A stretch of DNA of 64,000 nucleotides from Klebsiella phage HMGUkp2. The notes under the pieces are model-generated. The model saw only the letters and a list, made by a program, of their open reading frames with translations. It had not been told where the DNA came from and searched no databases. Shown here in pieces: positions 27,746 through 41,155 of this stretch. The stretch is from sequence record PV683292.1. One strand, given 5' to 3'. A program made the position numbers and the translations under genes. The number at the start of each line of letters is the position of its first letter. Within the stretch, counting starts at the first letter, position 1.

Positions 27746-27765
27746 AAACAAAAATGGGAGAGCGA
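27746..27765 (-). terminator. hairpin GGGAGAGCGAAAGCTCTCCC after gene 23 (AAAAATGGGAG cassette, copy 1)
   Basis: 8-bp stem; T4 has a stable hairpin downstream of gene 23. Confidence 0.6.
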
Positions 27766-27791
27766 AAGCTCTCCCATAAAGGTTTTTAAAA

Positions 27792-29357
27792 TTACAGGCC
27801 CTTGACCCATACGCGCCGGAAGTAGGCGTTTTTACCAACGGAGTTAACGATGGACGGCATACCAGACTGAATACGTGCACCAGGAGCTTGCAGTTTAGAA
27901 TCAGCGAACGGGTTAATACCAATACCGTAGCGGGTTTTGAAGCCCATGACCGGCTGGAAGTTCTTAGGATCAGAACCACGCAGCGGGGTCAGCGCGACAT
28001 ACGGAGCATAGTAGATACCGGCATCCATTTCGTTGCTGCCTTTATAACCGATGGTGAAGTAGTCCTGCGGAGCATACTGGTCAATGTAGACGCGGTATTT
28101 GCCGCCAAGAACACCTGCAAACACGGATTTAGTGGTGTCAACGTTATAGCCTTTACCGAGGCCTTGAGCAGCATAGGTGATACCAGAATCGGTAGCAGCC
28201 AGCGCGTTTACAACGTTACGGGAAGCGATAATGAAGTTACCTTCACCGCGACCGGTCTGACGAGCGATTTCAGCAGATTCTTTGTCGATCTGGAACAGGA
28301 GAGCTTTAAAGCTTTCACCGGCCCAACGAGCGCCACGGATATCAATCGGATCCTGGAAGTCGAACACACCTGCTTTAGAACCAATGGTCTGGGTCATGCC
28401 GGTTTTACCAGGCTGAGCAGAGTAGTTGATCCAGTCAACAACTTCACGGTTGATTTCCAGCATAATTTCAGTAGCCAGAATAGAACTCAGTTCGGCGTCT
28501 GCATCCATACCATGAACAGCGCGCAGATCCTGTGCCAGTTCGATGGAGTATTGAGCTTTCAGCTGACGAGATTTAGCTTCGATAACTTGCTTATCGATAC
28601 GGAAGCCCATTTCGTTCCACGGGTTATCTTTCGAACCGTTGAAGCCTTCCTGCAGTTCAGCGATAGAAGTAGCCATACCTTCGGCCAGTTCAGCCAGTTT
28701 ACCGGCTTCAACCAGACCCATAACAACTGCATCCAGTGCGGCGGCGTCAGCGGCAGCTCCCGGGGTTACGGTTTCAACAGCCTGGAAGTAAGCAATACCG
28801 GTTTCCTGGAATACATGCTTAACAATATCACCTTCGGTGATTTCAGTGCCTGCTTTAATTTCAGGGAATGCACGACCCTGAGCAGTAGCACCCTGGCCTG
28901 AATACATTGCATCCGGAGCAAACATCGGATGGAAAGCTTCTTTAGCACCCGGTGCAATCGGATCTTTACCGTATACTGCACGCAGTGCAAATACCTGACC
29001 AGTCGGGCTGGACATCGGCTGAACGCCACAGATATCAAAAGCAATCAGATTAGGAATAGCACGACGAACCATACCCATTACGGCCGGGCCGATCTGAGTG
29101 ATAGCACCAGAGGTCTGGCCTGCTGCGATATTCTGAGCATCGTAACCGTGGTCACCGCCAATTTCTGCTTCGCTCAGGAAAGAACCAAAAGCTTCAGCAA
29201 TTTTTTCGTCACGGAAAGCCGGTTCAGTCTGAATAGCTGCTTCCTGGTTTTCCATAATTTTTGCAATCAGTGCTTTCTTACCGGCGCCAACGATTTCCGG
29301 CAGACCTTCACCTTCAAGCAGCGGAGTCCATTTTTCTACGAGTTTGTTAGTTTTCAT
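27792..29357 (-). CDS. 23: major capsid protein gp23
   Basis: 521 aa, the same length as T4 gp23; long stretches identical (…KWTPLLEGEGLPEI…, …GFNGSKDNPWNEMGFRIDKQVIEAKSRQLKA…). Confidence 0.95.
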   Translation of the reverse strand: MKTNKLVEKWTPLLEGEGLPEIVGAGKKALIAKIMENQEAAIQTEPAFRDEKIAEAFGSFLSEAEIGGDHGYDAQNIAAGQTSGAITQIGPAVMGMVRRAIPNLIAFDICGVQPMSSPTGQVFALRAVYGKDPIAPGAKEAFHPMFAPDAMYSGQGATAQGRAFPEIKAGTEITEGDIVKHVFQETGIAYFQAVETVTPGAAADAAALDAVVMGLVEAGKLAELAEGMATSIAELQEGFNGSKDNPWNEMGFRIDKQVIEAKSRQLKAQYSIELAQDLRAVHGMDADAELSSILATEIMLEINREVVDWINYSAQPGKTGMTQTIGSKAGVFDFQDPIDIRGARWAGESFKALLFQIDKESAEIARQTGRGEGNFIIASRNVVNALAATDSGITYAAQGLGKGYNVDTTKSVFAGVLGGKYRVYIDQYAPQDYFTIGYKGSNEMDAGIYYAPYVALTPLRGSDPKNFQPVMGFKTRYGIGINPFADSKLQAPGARIQSGMPSIVNSVGKNAYFRRVWVKGL

Positions 29358-29377
29358 GTGTTAATAACCTTTTTAAA

Positions 29378-30196
29378 TTAAGAAATACGAGCCGCTGAAG
29401 CGACATATGCAGCCATCAGGCCACCGGATTGTTTAGGAGTTTCTTCGGGTTCTACAGCTTCGACAGTGAAGTTAAGACCCTCAGCATCTTTGTCAATAGT
29501 ATTTATATCAGCACTTTCGACAATTGCTGAAGCTTCAGCGGAGGACTGTACCATTTCTACGATGGCGGCCAGTTTAGTACCGAATGCATCAGAATATTCC
29601 AAACCTTCAGTCAGAGAAATAACTTTCTCTTTCTGGGATTCAGTTAAGTCGCGGGTAGCTTCGTTCATAGCAGTTTCGCGTTGAACGTAATTGATATAAG
29701 CATCGCGCATGTTTACTTCTTCAAACAGACGCGCAGTTTCAGCTTTCTGTTCAGCGATTTCTTCTTGGAGTTCTGCAACAACATCTACAGCATCTTCCGG
29801 AACCACAACGTTATGTTCGACGAACAGATCTTTCAGACCGACAACCATGGATTCGAATAAGTCAGCTTTAATACCACGATCTACAGCCAGTTTGTTTTCG
29901 GCAAGCCATTCTTTGGCGACGTGGTCGAGGAACTTAGCGGCAGATTCAGCGATTTTTTTCTCAGCTTTTTCTTCGGCTTTTTCCTTTTCTTCTTCGACTT
30001 TTTCTTCGGCCAGGGTGGCGATTTTTTCGATGTGAGATTCAGCCAGCTTTACAGCGGCGGCTTTTACAGCAGTTTCGTAAACAGTTTCAAACTTAGCCTT
30101 AACATCGGCAGACAGTTCAACTGATTCGAAAATGCTATCTAGTTCGACTTTAGCATCAATAGTCTGAGCTTCGGTCATCAGAAGTTCTTTAAGCAT
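29378..30196 (-). CDS. 22: prohead core scaffold protein gp22
   Basis: 272 aa (T4 269), highly acidic coiled-coil; synteny. Confidence 0.8.
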   Translation of the reverse strand: MLKELLMTEAQTIDAKVELDSIFESVELSADVKAKFETVYETAVKAAAVKLAESHIEKIATLAEEKVEEEKEKAEEKAEKKIAESAAKFLDHVAKEWLAENKLAVDRGIKADLFESMVVGLKDLFVEHNVVVPEDAVDVVAELQEEIAEQKAETARLFEEVNMRDAYINYVQRETAMNEATRDLTESQKEKVISLTEGLEYSDAFGTKLAAIVEMVQSSAEASAIVESADINTIDKDAEGLNFTVEAVEPEETPKQSGGLMAAYVASAARIS

Positions 30197-30224
30197 TTTG
30201 GTGTCCTGTTGTTAAGTTACATTA

Positions 30225-30890
30225 TTATTTATAATGCTTTTCTAGGCTCTCGATTAGAGCGGTAAATGCTTTATCAGCATTCATCTTGGCAGTTTCTTCT
30301 ACCTTTTCTGTAGACTCACGAATTTCTCGTGGTGCTACAAACGCATCTGGAGCTGAGGGACCCCAAACTGCATCAACACCTACCGTCAGGCGAAAACCTT
30401 CTTGTACGATGTTATATCCTTTACCTGAATCTTTTAATGTGCCCAGGCCTCTACTAGACACTCCAGGAATCCATCCTGCTCGGATGTTAGCAGCCAATTT
30501 ATCTCCCGGTCCGTGGTCACCTTCGATGACGCGTGCGCGACCATAAACGTTATTACCCTTCCACCACATATCCTCAATAATGATAGCAGCTTGCATCGGG
30601 TCGACGTTTGCACGAGGAGGATGATTTAGTTCTCCTAATGACTGCTTAGTTTTAACTTGTTCGGTTATATACCGGTCAATGGCACGCTCTAGGACAGCTT
30701 TCGGGTATAACCGTTTATTACGGTTTACCACTTCGGCTTGAAGGAAAATACCCTCAATATACAGCCCTGGCTTTAAACCGCTCGACCCGTCTGAAGGCTG
30801 TTCAAACGATTCGAGCATAGGTTTTCCATCAATGATTTCACCCGGTATTCCCCAGTTCTCAATTAAGAGTTGTTCATTGACGTTTGACAT
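30225..30890 (-). CDS. 21: prohead core protease gp21
   Basis: 221 aa (T4 212); synteny. Confidence 0.85.
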   Translation of the reverse strand: MSNVNEQLLIENWGIPGEIIDGKPMLESFEQPSDGSSGLKPGLYIEGIFLQAEVVNRNKRLYPKAVLERAIDRYITEQVKTKQSLGELNHPPRANVDPMQAAIIIEDMWWKGNNVYGRARVIEGDHGPGDKLAANIRAGWIPGVSSRGLGTLKDSGKGYNIVQEGFRLTVGVDAVWGPSAPDAFVAPREIRESTEKVEETAKMNADKAFTALIESLEKHYK

Positions 30891-31315
30891 TAGCTCAGTC
30901 CTAGTGCTTGACGGCGTTTAATAGCTTTCTTTTGTTTGCGAATACCACGAGTTATTATGCTCGGGTTCGCCCGTTTAGATTTGACCGCTTTTCGAGCAAT
31001 TTGACGACGCTTCGATTTAGAAAGACCTGTAGTTTGGTAAGCATTACGCTCGCGCGTTTTTCGGTCTTTAAGGCGGGTCACTTCACCGCGGCTATTGACG
31101 TGCTTAACGATAAATTCATTAAGTTGTATATCTTCATTGAGAGCACCCATTGCGATGGCCAGTTCGGTTTCGCTAGCCATCATGTTCTCTACAATTGTAT
31201 TTATACCGTCTTTATCGAATGCTTTAGACAAATGGTCGATGCGGCCCTGAGCTTCTTGAATTTTGCTTTCAACGTTCTCGATAACTAATTCGAAATTTTC
31301 AGGGAGTATCAACAT
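30890..31315 (-). CDS. 68: prohead core protein gp68
   Basis: 141 aa (T4 141); synteny. Confidence 0.6.
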   Translation of the reverse strand: MLILPENFELVIENVESKIQEAQGRIDHLSKAFDKDGINTIVENMMASETELAIAMGALNEDIQLNEFIVKHVNSRGEVTRLKDRKTRERNAYQTTGLSKSKRRQIARKAVKSKRANPSIITRGIRKQKKAIKRRQALGLS

Positions 31316-31575
31316 TATTCGTCGTCCTCATCATCGTCATCGTCGTCGCCTTCATCGGCGTCGTCATCATTTTTATTTTCTTTTTTCTCGTCATCGTCAT
31401 CGGCGTCATCCTCCGAATCTTCTTCAGGTTCTTCGCCTTCGATCATGACTGAGCTTGCAATTTTGACTTTAAGCTCTTCAATTAAACTAGACGTCCGTTC
31501 TTGCAGCAGTGGAGCCACGGCTTTACGTACTGCAACGAGGTCGTTAGCCTTAATTGCTTCCATTAATTCTTCCAT
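31315..31575 (-). CDS. 67: prohead core protein gp67 (poly-acidic tail)
   Basis: 86 aa (T4 80); C-terminal D/E run; synteny. Confidence 0.6.
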   Translation of the reverse strand: MEELMEAIKANDLVAVRKAVAPLLQERTSSLIEELKVKIASSVMIEGEEPEEDSEDDADDDDEKKENKNDDDADEGDDDDDDEDDE

Positions 31576-33143
31576 TAGAAGTCCTCTACATTTTCTGGGT
31601 CTTGGAAACGAGCCTCTTTAGACTCTAATTCAATTTGCTTAGCTTCTTGATCAATCTGTTCATCAGACATCTGCAAGAAAGTTTTCATGGCATACTGGTG
31701 AGAAATGTATTTCCCAATAAACGGTTCAGCCATGGTTAGCATATTGATTCTACGTTCCATCACTTCTGCATCCTTCATTTCTGTGAAGTATGAGTCTTGG
31801 TGGAACACAACTTTAATATTATTTATCTCTTTATTCCACTCATCTTCTGTAATAACTTTCTTCAAAAGAAGATTGGTTTTCAGAGGATCAAGCAGAATTT
31901 CTTCAAACTTATGTTGAAGATCTCGGATAAATTTACGGAAATCTAATTCTTCGCGAGTGATACCGGTTCCGGCATCGAACTGCACCCCACCTTGATTGTT
32001 AAGGTCCGGCATACGAGATAACGGAACACGAAGAGCCATATAAAGAGCTGCACGGAAATAACGTACATCATCCATATCGCTCATATTAGTGGCACCCGGT
32101 AGGGTATCAACTTCTGTTACTGCTTTACCATCACGTCGTTGCAACCAATAGTCTTCAGTCATAGACATATTGTGCTGTTGGTTTTTAATTTTACCGGTAG
32201 AAGCGTCATATACAACACGATTTTTCATTGTGTTCATAATATGCTGCATATGTGCTGCCGCCTTACGAGAAGGCATATTCCCGGTATCAATATAAAAGAT
32301 ACGGCGGTCCGGTGCACGCGTGATACGGTAAATTACTAATGCATCTTCTAAGAGTTTAAGCTGGTTAGCAGGCTTAACTGCACGATGAAGATAACCGATA
32401 ATGCTTTTACCACAGCAATCAACTAAACCTGAATGAGCATACGTAATAGCTGACCGCGGAATTTTAATCTTAGTGTTGGCAGAATAAACTTTGTTATTTA
32501 CGCAGTAGCTTTCGTTAGCTGTATCGTAGATAAAGTATTCTTTATAGCCTTTAACGACTTTAACACCGGCTTCTTCTTTTGTGATTAGTTCACGAACATA
32601 CTGAAGGTTACGTGGATCTAAACGACGAAGCTCTTTAATACCCTCTCTAGGGCGCTTAAGATCGATAATTTTATGGAAGAAGATGCGCGAGTCTACATAC
32701 CAACGTCGGAAATGGTCACTACCTTTTCTTTCAAAATCAAGACAGTTCAAAATTTCTTTGAATTCGTCCATCATTCGTTCTTTTATATTTGCACTAAAGT
32801 TGGTAGAGTCGAGATTTAAAGATACTACATCGTGACCATCTTCATAAACGATGGAATCCGAAATAATATCCTGGACTGCGTTATCTACTTCATAGTTGTT
32901 CATCAAACTACGGTAAGTATCAATAAGCTCACGAGTAGTTTTCATTCCCGGTAACTGCGTACCAAACATCATTTGGTTAAACGCGTTATACGGGGCATCT
33001 TGCTCATTAGTTTCTACTTCATGAGCTCCATCATCGAATTTGGGTCCGGTAATGGATTCTAAATCGTCTCTAATTTGTTGTTTATATTCGGACTCATCGT
33101 GTTTTTCCCACGGAGCGAATAAACTTAGAATGTTGAAATTCAT
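31575..33143 (-). CDS. 20: portal vertex protein gp20
   Basis: ORF 31575-33155; start placed at [12 protein letters not shown] (RBS GGAGAAAG), which matches the T4 gp20 N-terminus MKFNVLSLFAPW; about 522 aa. Confidence 0.9.
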   Translation of the reverse strand: MNFNILSLFAPWEKHDESEYKQQIRDDLESITGPKFDDGAHEVETNEQDAPYNAFNQMMFGTQLPGMKTTRELIDTYRSLMNNYEVDNAVQDIISDSIVYEDGHDVVSLNLDSTNFSANIKERMMDEFKEILNCLDFERKGSDHFRRWYVDSRIFFHKIIDLKRPREGIKELRRLDPRNLQYVRELITKEEAGVKVVKGYKEYFIYDTANESYCVNNKVYSANTKIKIPRSAITYAHSGLVDCCGKSIIGYLHRAVKPANQLKLLEDALVIYRITRAPDRRIFYIDTGNMPSRKAAAHMQHIMNTMKNRVVYDASTGKIKNQQHNMSMTEDYWLQRRDGKAVTEVDTLPGATNMSDMDDVRYFRAALYMALRVPLSRMPDLNNQGGVQFDAGTGITREELDFRKFIRDLQHKFEEILLDPLKTNLLLKKVITEDEWNKEINNIKVVFHQDSYFTEMKDAEVMERRINMLTMAEPFIGKYISHQYAMKTFLQMSDEQIDQEAKQIELESKEARFQDPENVEDF

Positions 33144-33177
33144 TACTTTCTCCAATAATGATTCTTACTACTATTTA

Positions 33178-33221
33178 TATCGCTATTTCGTAGGATCATT
33201 CGCTTAAGAAATAGCGATAGG
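33178..33221. repeat. long inverted repeat TATCGCTATTTC...GAAATAGCGATA in the 19/20 intergenic space
   Basis: About 12-bp arms around a 20-nt spacer on the late transcript between genes 19 and 20. Confidence 0.5.
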
Positions 33222-33241
33222 GCCCGAAGACCCTACCAGAA

Positions 33242-33733
33242 TTACAGCCACCAGTCAAGGGCAAAGGTAGCTTCAAATGTTTCAACTTCGTTATTGCTAT
33301 CCCAATCGAGGGCAACTTCACCTACGTTGGTCGGCCAAAGGCCTACGATTTCGTGTTCATTAGTGACAGTTTTACCATCACGGGAGAATTGACGAACTTT
33401 AGCAGTTTTCTTATATTCAGCAGGGGTAGAACCTGTAATTTCATTACCCTGGGAATGAGCCATGGCAGCCCAAGCAATAATAGCTTTACGAACTTCATGA
33501 GCGTCATCGTTATAAATTGTGATAGTCCAATCGTCGAATGTACGGTCTCCGGCAATATTAATTTTGCGGTTCATATATCCAACAGGAACTTTTTCTACAA
33601 TACCGGCAGGCATAGTAGCAGCTTTACACTGGAAGCTGAAGTTACGGCCAAGGAATGGGATTTCAACTTCAAACAGGTTAGGACGAGCGAAGTCACCGGA
33701 TTCGAACGCTTTGGTGATGTCTGTAAGCTCCAT
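33242..33733 (-). CDS. 19: tail tube protein gp19
   Basis: 163 aa, same as T4; ...AFESGDFARPNLFEVEI...CKAATMPAGIVEK... near-identical to T4 gp19. Confidence 0.9.
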   Translation of the reverse strand: MELTDITKAFESGDFARPNLFEVEIPFLGRNFSFQCKAATMPAGIVEKVPVGYMNRKINIAGDRTFDDWTITIYNDDAHEVRKAIIAWAAMAHSQGNEITGSTPAEYKKTAKVRQFSRDGKTVTNEHEIVGLWPTNVGEVALDWDSNNEVETFEATFALDWWL

Positions 33734-33736
33734 AAG

Positions 33737-34420
33737 TTATTGTTTCCTATCATATTTTTTGATTAAAAGGTTAAGTGTTTCTAGGTCAACACTATTTTTA
33801 GAATCTTTTTGTCGATTCTGTTCCCAAGGAATCATTTCAAGGTTGCAAATATGCCCAATTATTTCAGGTGGAATATTATTTTCGAACCCATATTTGATAG
33901 ATACCTTATGGTCTAATTGGTAAGCTCCTTTAATACCGGACTTACCGGATAATTCAAAATTTGGCAATTCCTTTATTTGGTGTTTGAAATTCTTAAGGGT
34001 AAAAGAACGAACTTTATAGTAGTATTTTCTTTTATTATCCTTATTAGGATTCCACCTACCATTATTCGCGCCGCAGCATGCTTCAACCCTTACACCTTTC
34101 TTAGATTTAGAAATCTTAGGGCCTTTAGACTTTCTTATTTCTAATCCAATATCAGAATTCCAATATTTCTTTCTTTCTTTAGAATAAACTTCCCAACGGT
34201 GTTTCATACAAAATTTTATGTTGGTTTCATTAAGCTTAGCTTTAGTTACAGTATATTCTTCGGCACACTTATCGCATTTACACGTCACACGAGTTTTGTC
34301 AGGACAATCTTCAAGTTTAATTAAATGCGGATTACCACTTTTGACATCGTATCCTAGCGATTTAAAAGAAGTAACGTTCCTATTTGTTATCGGAACTATA
34401 AAATGTGTACTAGTAATCAT
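33737..34420 (-). mobile_element. freestanding HNH homing-endonuclease gene inserted between genes 18 and 19
   Basis: 227 aa; C-terminal HNH motif ...GAYQLDHKVSIKYGFENN...NLEMIPWEQN; Cys-rich N-terminus (CKCDKCAEEY); T4 has no gene at this position. Confidence 0.7.
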
Positions 34421-34425
34421 AATAC

Positions 34426-34433
34426 TATTTATA
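34426..34433 (-). promoter_or_regulatory. late promoter TATAAATA directly upstream of the HNH gene
   Basis: Complement of TATTTATA at 34426-34433; ATG at 34420, with no obvious SD. Confidence 0.5.
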
Positions 34434-34585
34434 GTGGCCCTGGAATCAGCCAGGGATAATTTAAATTGTGGTTAATATAATTTATTATCCTCTAAAAAGG
34501 ATTCGCCTGGCGGCGTCCTACGGATTTATTGCTAAACCTGAAGCCATAGTATAATGACTTCAGGTCTTTCCGGTAGGTGATTATA

Positions 34586-36568
34586 TTATTGTTGAACACC
34601 AATCAGTTCATCAAAGTCTGCACCGGTTGCAGTAGCAACAAAGTTCAGAGTAATGAAGTTGATAGAACGAGCCGGCTTGATGTAGAACGACGCAACGAAT
34701 TCATTACGATCGATGACCGCAGGGGTGTTGTTGGTAGTATCACAAACGACACGGAAATCATACACACCACCAAGAGCTTTAATGTTCGCTAAGTATTGAC
34801 CTGTTTCCATACGGAACGAGGAACGAGTGAAGTTATCGTTCAACTCGAAGATTTGATACTTAGAACTATCACCGATATTGGTTTTCAGCATGTTAAACAG
34901 ACGACGAACGTTAATACGATCGAACGGAGTCGGAACCGTAGTAGCGGTTTTATCACCAAACAAGATGAAACCTTCACCTGTACCTTGACCGATAACAGGG
35001 TTAATACCTACCTGATACATGCGATCACGCGCTGATTGACGAGGTTCAATAGCCAGTTTAATGCAGTTCAGGATCTGGCCGCGACGGTATCCAGCCGGAG
35101 ACATCCAAGGCTGAGAAGTTGTGTCGGTACGAGCACAGAGACCTGCAATATCAGCAGCTAAAGGAACCCAACGGTTAACGTCGTTATATTTATCGTATTG
35201 ATACTTATAGTTACCGTCAATTGCTGCGTATGTGGTATTAATGTTCATGTTCGAATCGGTATAAGAACCAGTACCTTCACGCCAATCAATCAGATTGTCA
35301 ACAGCACGCGTTAGCGGAACATTAACAAGAGCAGAACGAGGCGGAGAAATAAGAACTAAACAGTCTTGACGTTCATCGCCGATAGAAACGACGTGTTTCT
35401 GTACGGTAGAAGAAACTTCAGCTTCTTCACCGGCGCATGCACCAGCAATAAGCAGGTTAACACGCAGTGCTTCACGGTCACCAAACAGATCCCAACCTTT
35501 CATCAGATCCGCAGCAGTAACAGATTCATTAGCAGAAACGCCGCCATTTAACTGAATAATACCACTGAAATCTTTAGGCCAGCCTTCTGAAGTAGCAAAA
35601 ATGAACTTAGAAGAACCGTTGGCAAAATAATCATCCATAAAGATGTTATTACCGTACATATCCTTATCACCACGTTTAGTGGATAGGATAACATTTTCTA
35701 CTAAAGTCCCGTCACGGCGAACGATAATAGCATATTGATCTGGTGTTTGAGGGCCGTAGCCGAATACAGACTTGGCCGTTGACGCGCGAGTACCACCACC
35801 CGGATACATATCTAACAGAGAAACTGCATTAGCATCGTAGGTAGCTTTAGAAACAATTTCTACTTCCAAAGTAGAACCGATTTCACCAGGATAAACCGCC
35901 ACAACACCGGGCATACCATACTTAGATAGTGCAGTTTGGAAGGTAGTATTAGTTATTTTTTCATCGGCCGTTTCTGTATCGGTCAACAGAATACCAGAAT
36001 CAACGATAATTTTACCTAAGCTAATACCGCCAGAAACGCCCGCAGAAGTTCCTGCGATTTCAACGGTCCAAGAACTGCCTAAATCTGGATACTGGTTGAT
36101 GGATTTCGCATAAGCGATAATTTTTGCAGTCGGGATAAAGACCGAAATGATTTTACCGTCGGTGTCTACTTTAGTGATACGACCTTCTGTCTCAACATCC
36201 GTGGTCAGATATTTTACGGTCAGTTTATCACCTACAGAGTAGTTAGTACCTGCGGTATCAATTGTCCATTCAATGTTACCAGCGATTGGGCTTGCGTTTT
36301 TAGCAGCCTCTTCGTTTACAACACGTACGGTACGAAGATCGTTACCATACTGAAGGAAGTTCATACCGGACATAAAATAGTCAGCGGTCTGGTTGTTCGG
36401 ACCACCAAACAGGTCAACAAGTTCTACTTCGTTAGTAACCTGAGTAACTTGGTATGCCGGGCCCCATTGAAACTTACCAACTAATGCAGCACGACCTGTA
36501 GCGTTAATGACTACCGTGCTTTGGACGCTCGTTTCTTTGAGCTCAATTCCAGGAGAGATTAAAGCCAT
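34586..36568 (-). CDS. 18: tail sheath protein gp18
   Basis: 660 aa (T4 659); MALISPGIELKETS... N-terminus. Confidence 0.9.
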   Translation of the reverse strand: MALISPGIELKETSVQSTVVINATGRAALVGKFQWGPAYQVTQVTNEVELVDLFGGPNNQTADYFMSGMNFLQYGNDLRTVRVVNEEAAKNASPIAGNIEWTIDTAGTNYSVGDKLTVKYLTTDVETEGRITKVDTDGKIISVFIPTAKIIAYAKSINQYPDLGSSWTVEIAGTSAGVSGGISLGKIIVDSGILLTDTETADEKITNTTFQTALSKYGMPGVVAVYPGEIGSTLEVEIVSKATYDANAVSLLDMYPGGGTRASTAKSVFGYGPQTPDQYAIIVRRDGTLVENVILSTKRGDKDMYGNNIFMDDYFANGSSKFIFATSEGWPKDFSGIIQLNGGVSANESVTAADLMKGWDLFGDREALRVNLLIAGACAGEEAEVSSTVQKHVVSIGDERQDCLVLISPPRSALVNVPLTRAVDNLIDWREGTGSYTDSNMNINTTYAAIDGNYKYQYDKYNDVNRWVPLAADIAGLCARTDTTSQPWMSPAGYRRGQILNCIKLAIEPRQSARDRMYQVGINPVIGQGTGEGFILFGDKTATTVPTPFDRINVRRLFNMLKTNIGDSSKYQIFELNDNFTRSSFRMETGQYLANIKALGGVYDFRVVCDTTNNTPAVIDRNEFVASFYIKPARSINFITLNFVATATGADFDELIGVQQ

Positions 36569-36601
36569 GATTATTCCTCAAAGTGATTTGCTTTATCTTA
36601 T

Positions 36602-38914
<2,313 letters not shown>

Positions 38915-38922
<8 letters not shown>

Positions 38923-39715
38923 TTTGCCTCACTCCAGGAGGAACATCTCCTGACGGAATAGGAATATTTTGAGAATAACTTTGTTCATATGAACCATCCC
39001 ATTCAGCAGATTCTATATGCCTAGGGACTACTTCTGTATCAACAGATTCAAAATTATCGTTGTGGGAAAGTTCTTTACTGTTTGCAAAGAAGTCCAAATA
39101 AATCGTTTTGATCTCACCTTCAAGTTCAGCAACAGGTGGATAAAGCCAGCCATTTACTTCAAACATAATAGACCACTCAAGGCGACGTCTTGAATTAGCA
39201 TCACCGTCAACCTGCTCGTCAGGCGCAATACTTTGAAGAACTATTTTGATATCACGCTTGAATTGGATATTGTTAGGATAAAGCTCGTGAATGGTTGTAT
39301 TAAAGTGTGGCTGAAAATAAGGTAAAATTTGCTCGACAATCTGATACATATCATCTTGATGACGAGTATAGATTCCAAGCTCAAAAATCATCTTAATAGG
39401 AGTAGGGTTATATTGTGAGACAGGAGTTTTACCGTCTTGAGTCTGAGATTTAGTCCTATTAAGCTGAGAAGTTTTAAAAGCTGCATTGTATTGCATATCT
39501 ACTAAATGAAGATTCATTCTTGGGAGAATAGTTTCTATTTTTGCTTTATCTTCAGTAGATTGAACAGCTGTCCACTTATTAAGTTGCAACATAAATTTTT
39601 CTTTAGATGCATACGAAATAGGGACTTTAATATATTTAAGGCCTTTGTCATTGCGTAGACGTGCTACTTGGACATGGGAAAACAAATCACCCATCAACAC
39701 GATGTATCTACGCAA
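38915..39715 (-). CDS. 15: tail sheath stabiliser/terminator gp15
   Basis: 266 aa (T4 272); synteny. Confidence 0.8.
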
Positions 39716-39754
39716 GGACGAATTGTACCAGAAACCAAAAATAAACCACCCCCA

Positions 39755-40342
39755 TTAATCTTCTTTAAATTTACAGTTATTGTTATGCCATCTGTTAATT
39801 AGGTTATAAGGAACCATCTTGTGACAATGAGGACATTCCAGTTTTCTTTTTGGAACACCTTTTTGAGCCTGGCCAAATGATTTGGCGTGCTCTTTACTAA
39901 GCTTTTTACCTTTATGGGTTTCACTAATACGCCTTTTAGCATAATCGCCGTGGTGCTTGCCAAAGAATGAATTTAGTTCACCTACCCTAGTTTTACCCCA
40001 TTCAGATTTAACTCGTTTCATTTCTACACGGGCTTTTTCATATTTAGTTTTTAACTCATCTTCAGATAAATCAAGATTTCTTCGCTCTGAGCTACTAAAC
40101 ATAATCCAAAAGGCCATGATCATTTTAGGATTTTTAGTTTTAGCCAATACTTCATGAGCTTCTAAATGGTCTAAAATGTCTAGAGAAACTATATTTTCTT
40201 GGCAAGATTCATATTCCGGAAATAAAGAACGAGGTAGAATATGATGCTTTTCGGTGTGTTTAGTTTTAGGTGGCCTGGTGACCACCGACAGATATTCATC
40301 TGCTAAATCACCAAGCCATAGTCCTACTTTATCCTTTATCAT
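39755..40342 (-). mobile_element. freestanding HNH homing-endonuclease gene inserted between genes 14 and 15
   Basis: 195 aa; HNH motif EKHHILPRSL...NIVSLDILDHLEAH; C-terminal GKHHGDYAKRRISETHKGKKLSKEH resembles NUMOD3-type DNA-binding repeats; Zn knuckle CPHCHK. Confidence 0.7.
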
Positions 40343-40351
40343 ATAGATTAT

Positions 40352-41155
40352 TTAATCATCTAAGAACCCATCGTCAAAAGGAGAAGATTTAGGTGGAGCA
40401 TAATTTCCTCTTCCGTTATTGACATAGAAAGGTTCTACATATTGGGCCGCTTCAGCATTAATCTCTTCTGTTTCAGCGTACTGATCATTGTTGATATCAG
40501 CTAATCCATCAATATTTTTAATAGGCTGAAGATCGAGTTCACTGAACTCAGGAATATTGATACCTTCATTACGCTGTAGTTCAGGCTGCATTTCTTCACC
40601 AGAATAGACATATTTCTGAGCAGTTATTTTACGCATGGCATTTTGACCTACTTGATAAAACGGGTCGTAAGGTTCTACCCAGGTTATTTCAAATAGGCTA
40701 TTATCCATCGGAAAATAAACCAGGTCGCCTGCGATAGGTTCTTTTCCGCCAGCTTGATGCTTAAACAACCTTGGATTAATAGTGAATGTAACTTCGTCAT
40801 TAACGGACATACCGAACTTACTAAAGAACGTATTGTCACCTGAATACCCGTCAAAACTATTTAAATAAGCAGCAAACATCCAAGCCTTATTAAAGCTTGA
40901 TTGTGGGTCTTCTCCAAATAGAAGATCTGGATTGTTAAACTGGCGTGGCAGATAATAAAGCTCTATTCCACGCATCTGAATACTCTCGGCTACTAGTACA
41001 TCAGCTAGAGTTTGGGTGTTAGTATACTTGTTGAAGTTAACAAATGGGTTCAAAATCTCAGTTTCATTGGTCCTAGCATAGCCAGAACGGTCTTCGAGCT
41101 TAGCAAATAGATTTGAATTATAAGTGCTCATTATTACCCCAGCAAAATAGGACAT
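40352..41155 (-). CDS. 14: neck protein gp14
   Basis: 267 aa (T4 256); synteny. Confidence 0.8.
   Translation of the reverse strand: MSYFAGVIMSTYNSNLFAKLEDRSGYARTNETEILNPFVNFNKYTNTQTLADVLVAESIQMRGIELYYLPRQFNNPDLLFGEDPQSSFNKAWMFAAYLNSFDGYSGDNTFFSKFGMSVNDEVTFTINPRLFKHQAGGKEPIAGDLVYFPMDNSLFEITWVEPYDPFYQVGQNAMRKITAQKYVYSGEEMQPELQRNEGINIPEFSELDLQPIKNIDGLADINNDQYAETEEINAEAAQYVEPFYVNNGRGNYAPPKSSPFDDGFLDD

Noticed and set aside
27888-28901. 337-aa ORF on + strand (also 28929-29381, 28766-29044)
   Set aside because: Entirely antisense to major capsid gene 23, whose identity is certain; shadow ORF produced by codon bias.
29709-30124. Ser/Thr-rich and poly-Phe ORFs on + strand
   Set aside because: Antisense to the acidic, repetitive scaffold gene 22; low-complexity artefacts.
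31330-31400. GAT/GAC trinucleotide repeat that could be read as a microsatellite or CRISPR-like array
   Set aside because: It is the coding sequence for the poly-acidic C-terminus of gp67; no spacer/repeat periodicity and no cas genes anywhere in the window.
31263-31448. Arg/His-rich 61-aa ORF
   Set aside because: Antisense of the poly-Asp/Glu tail of gp67/gp68; artefact of the GAT/GAC repeat.
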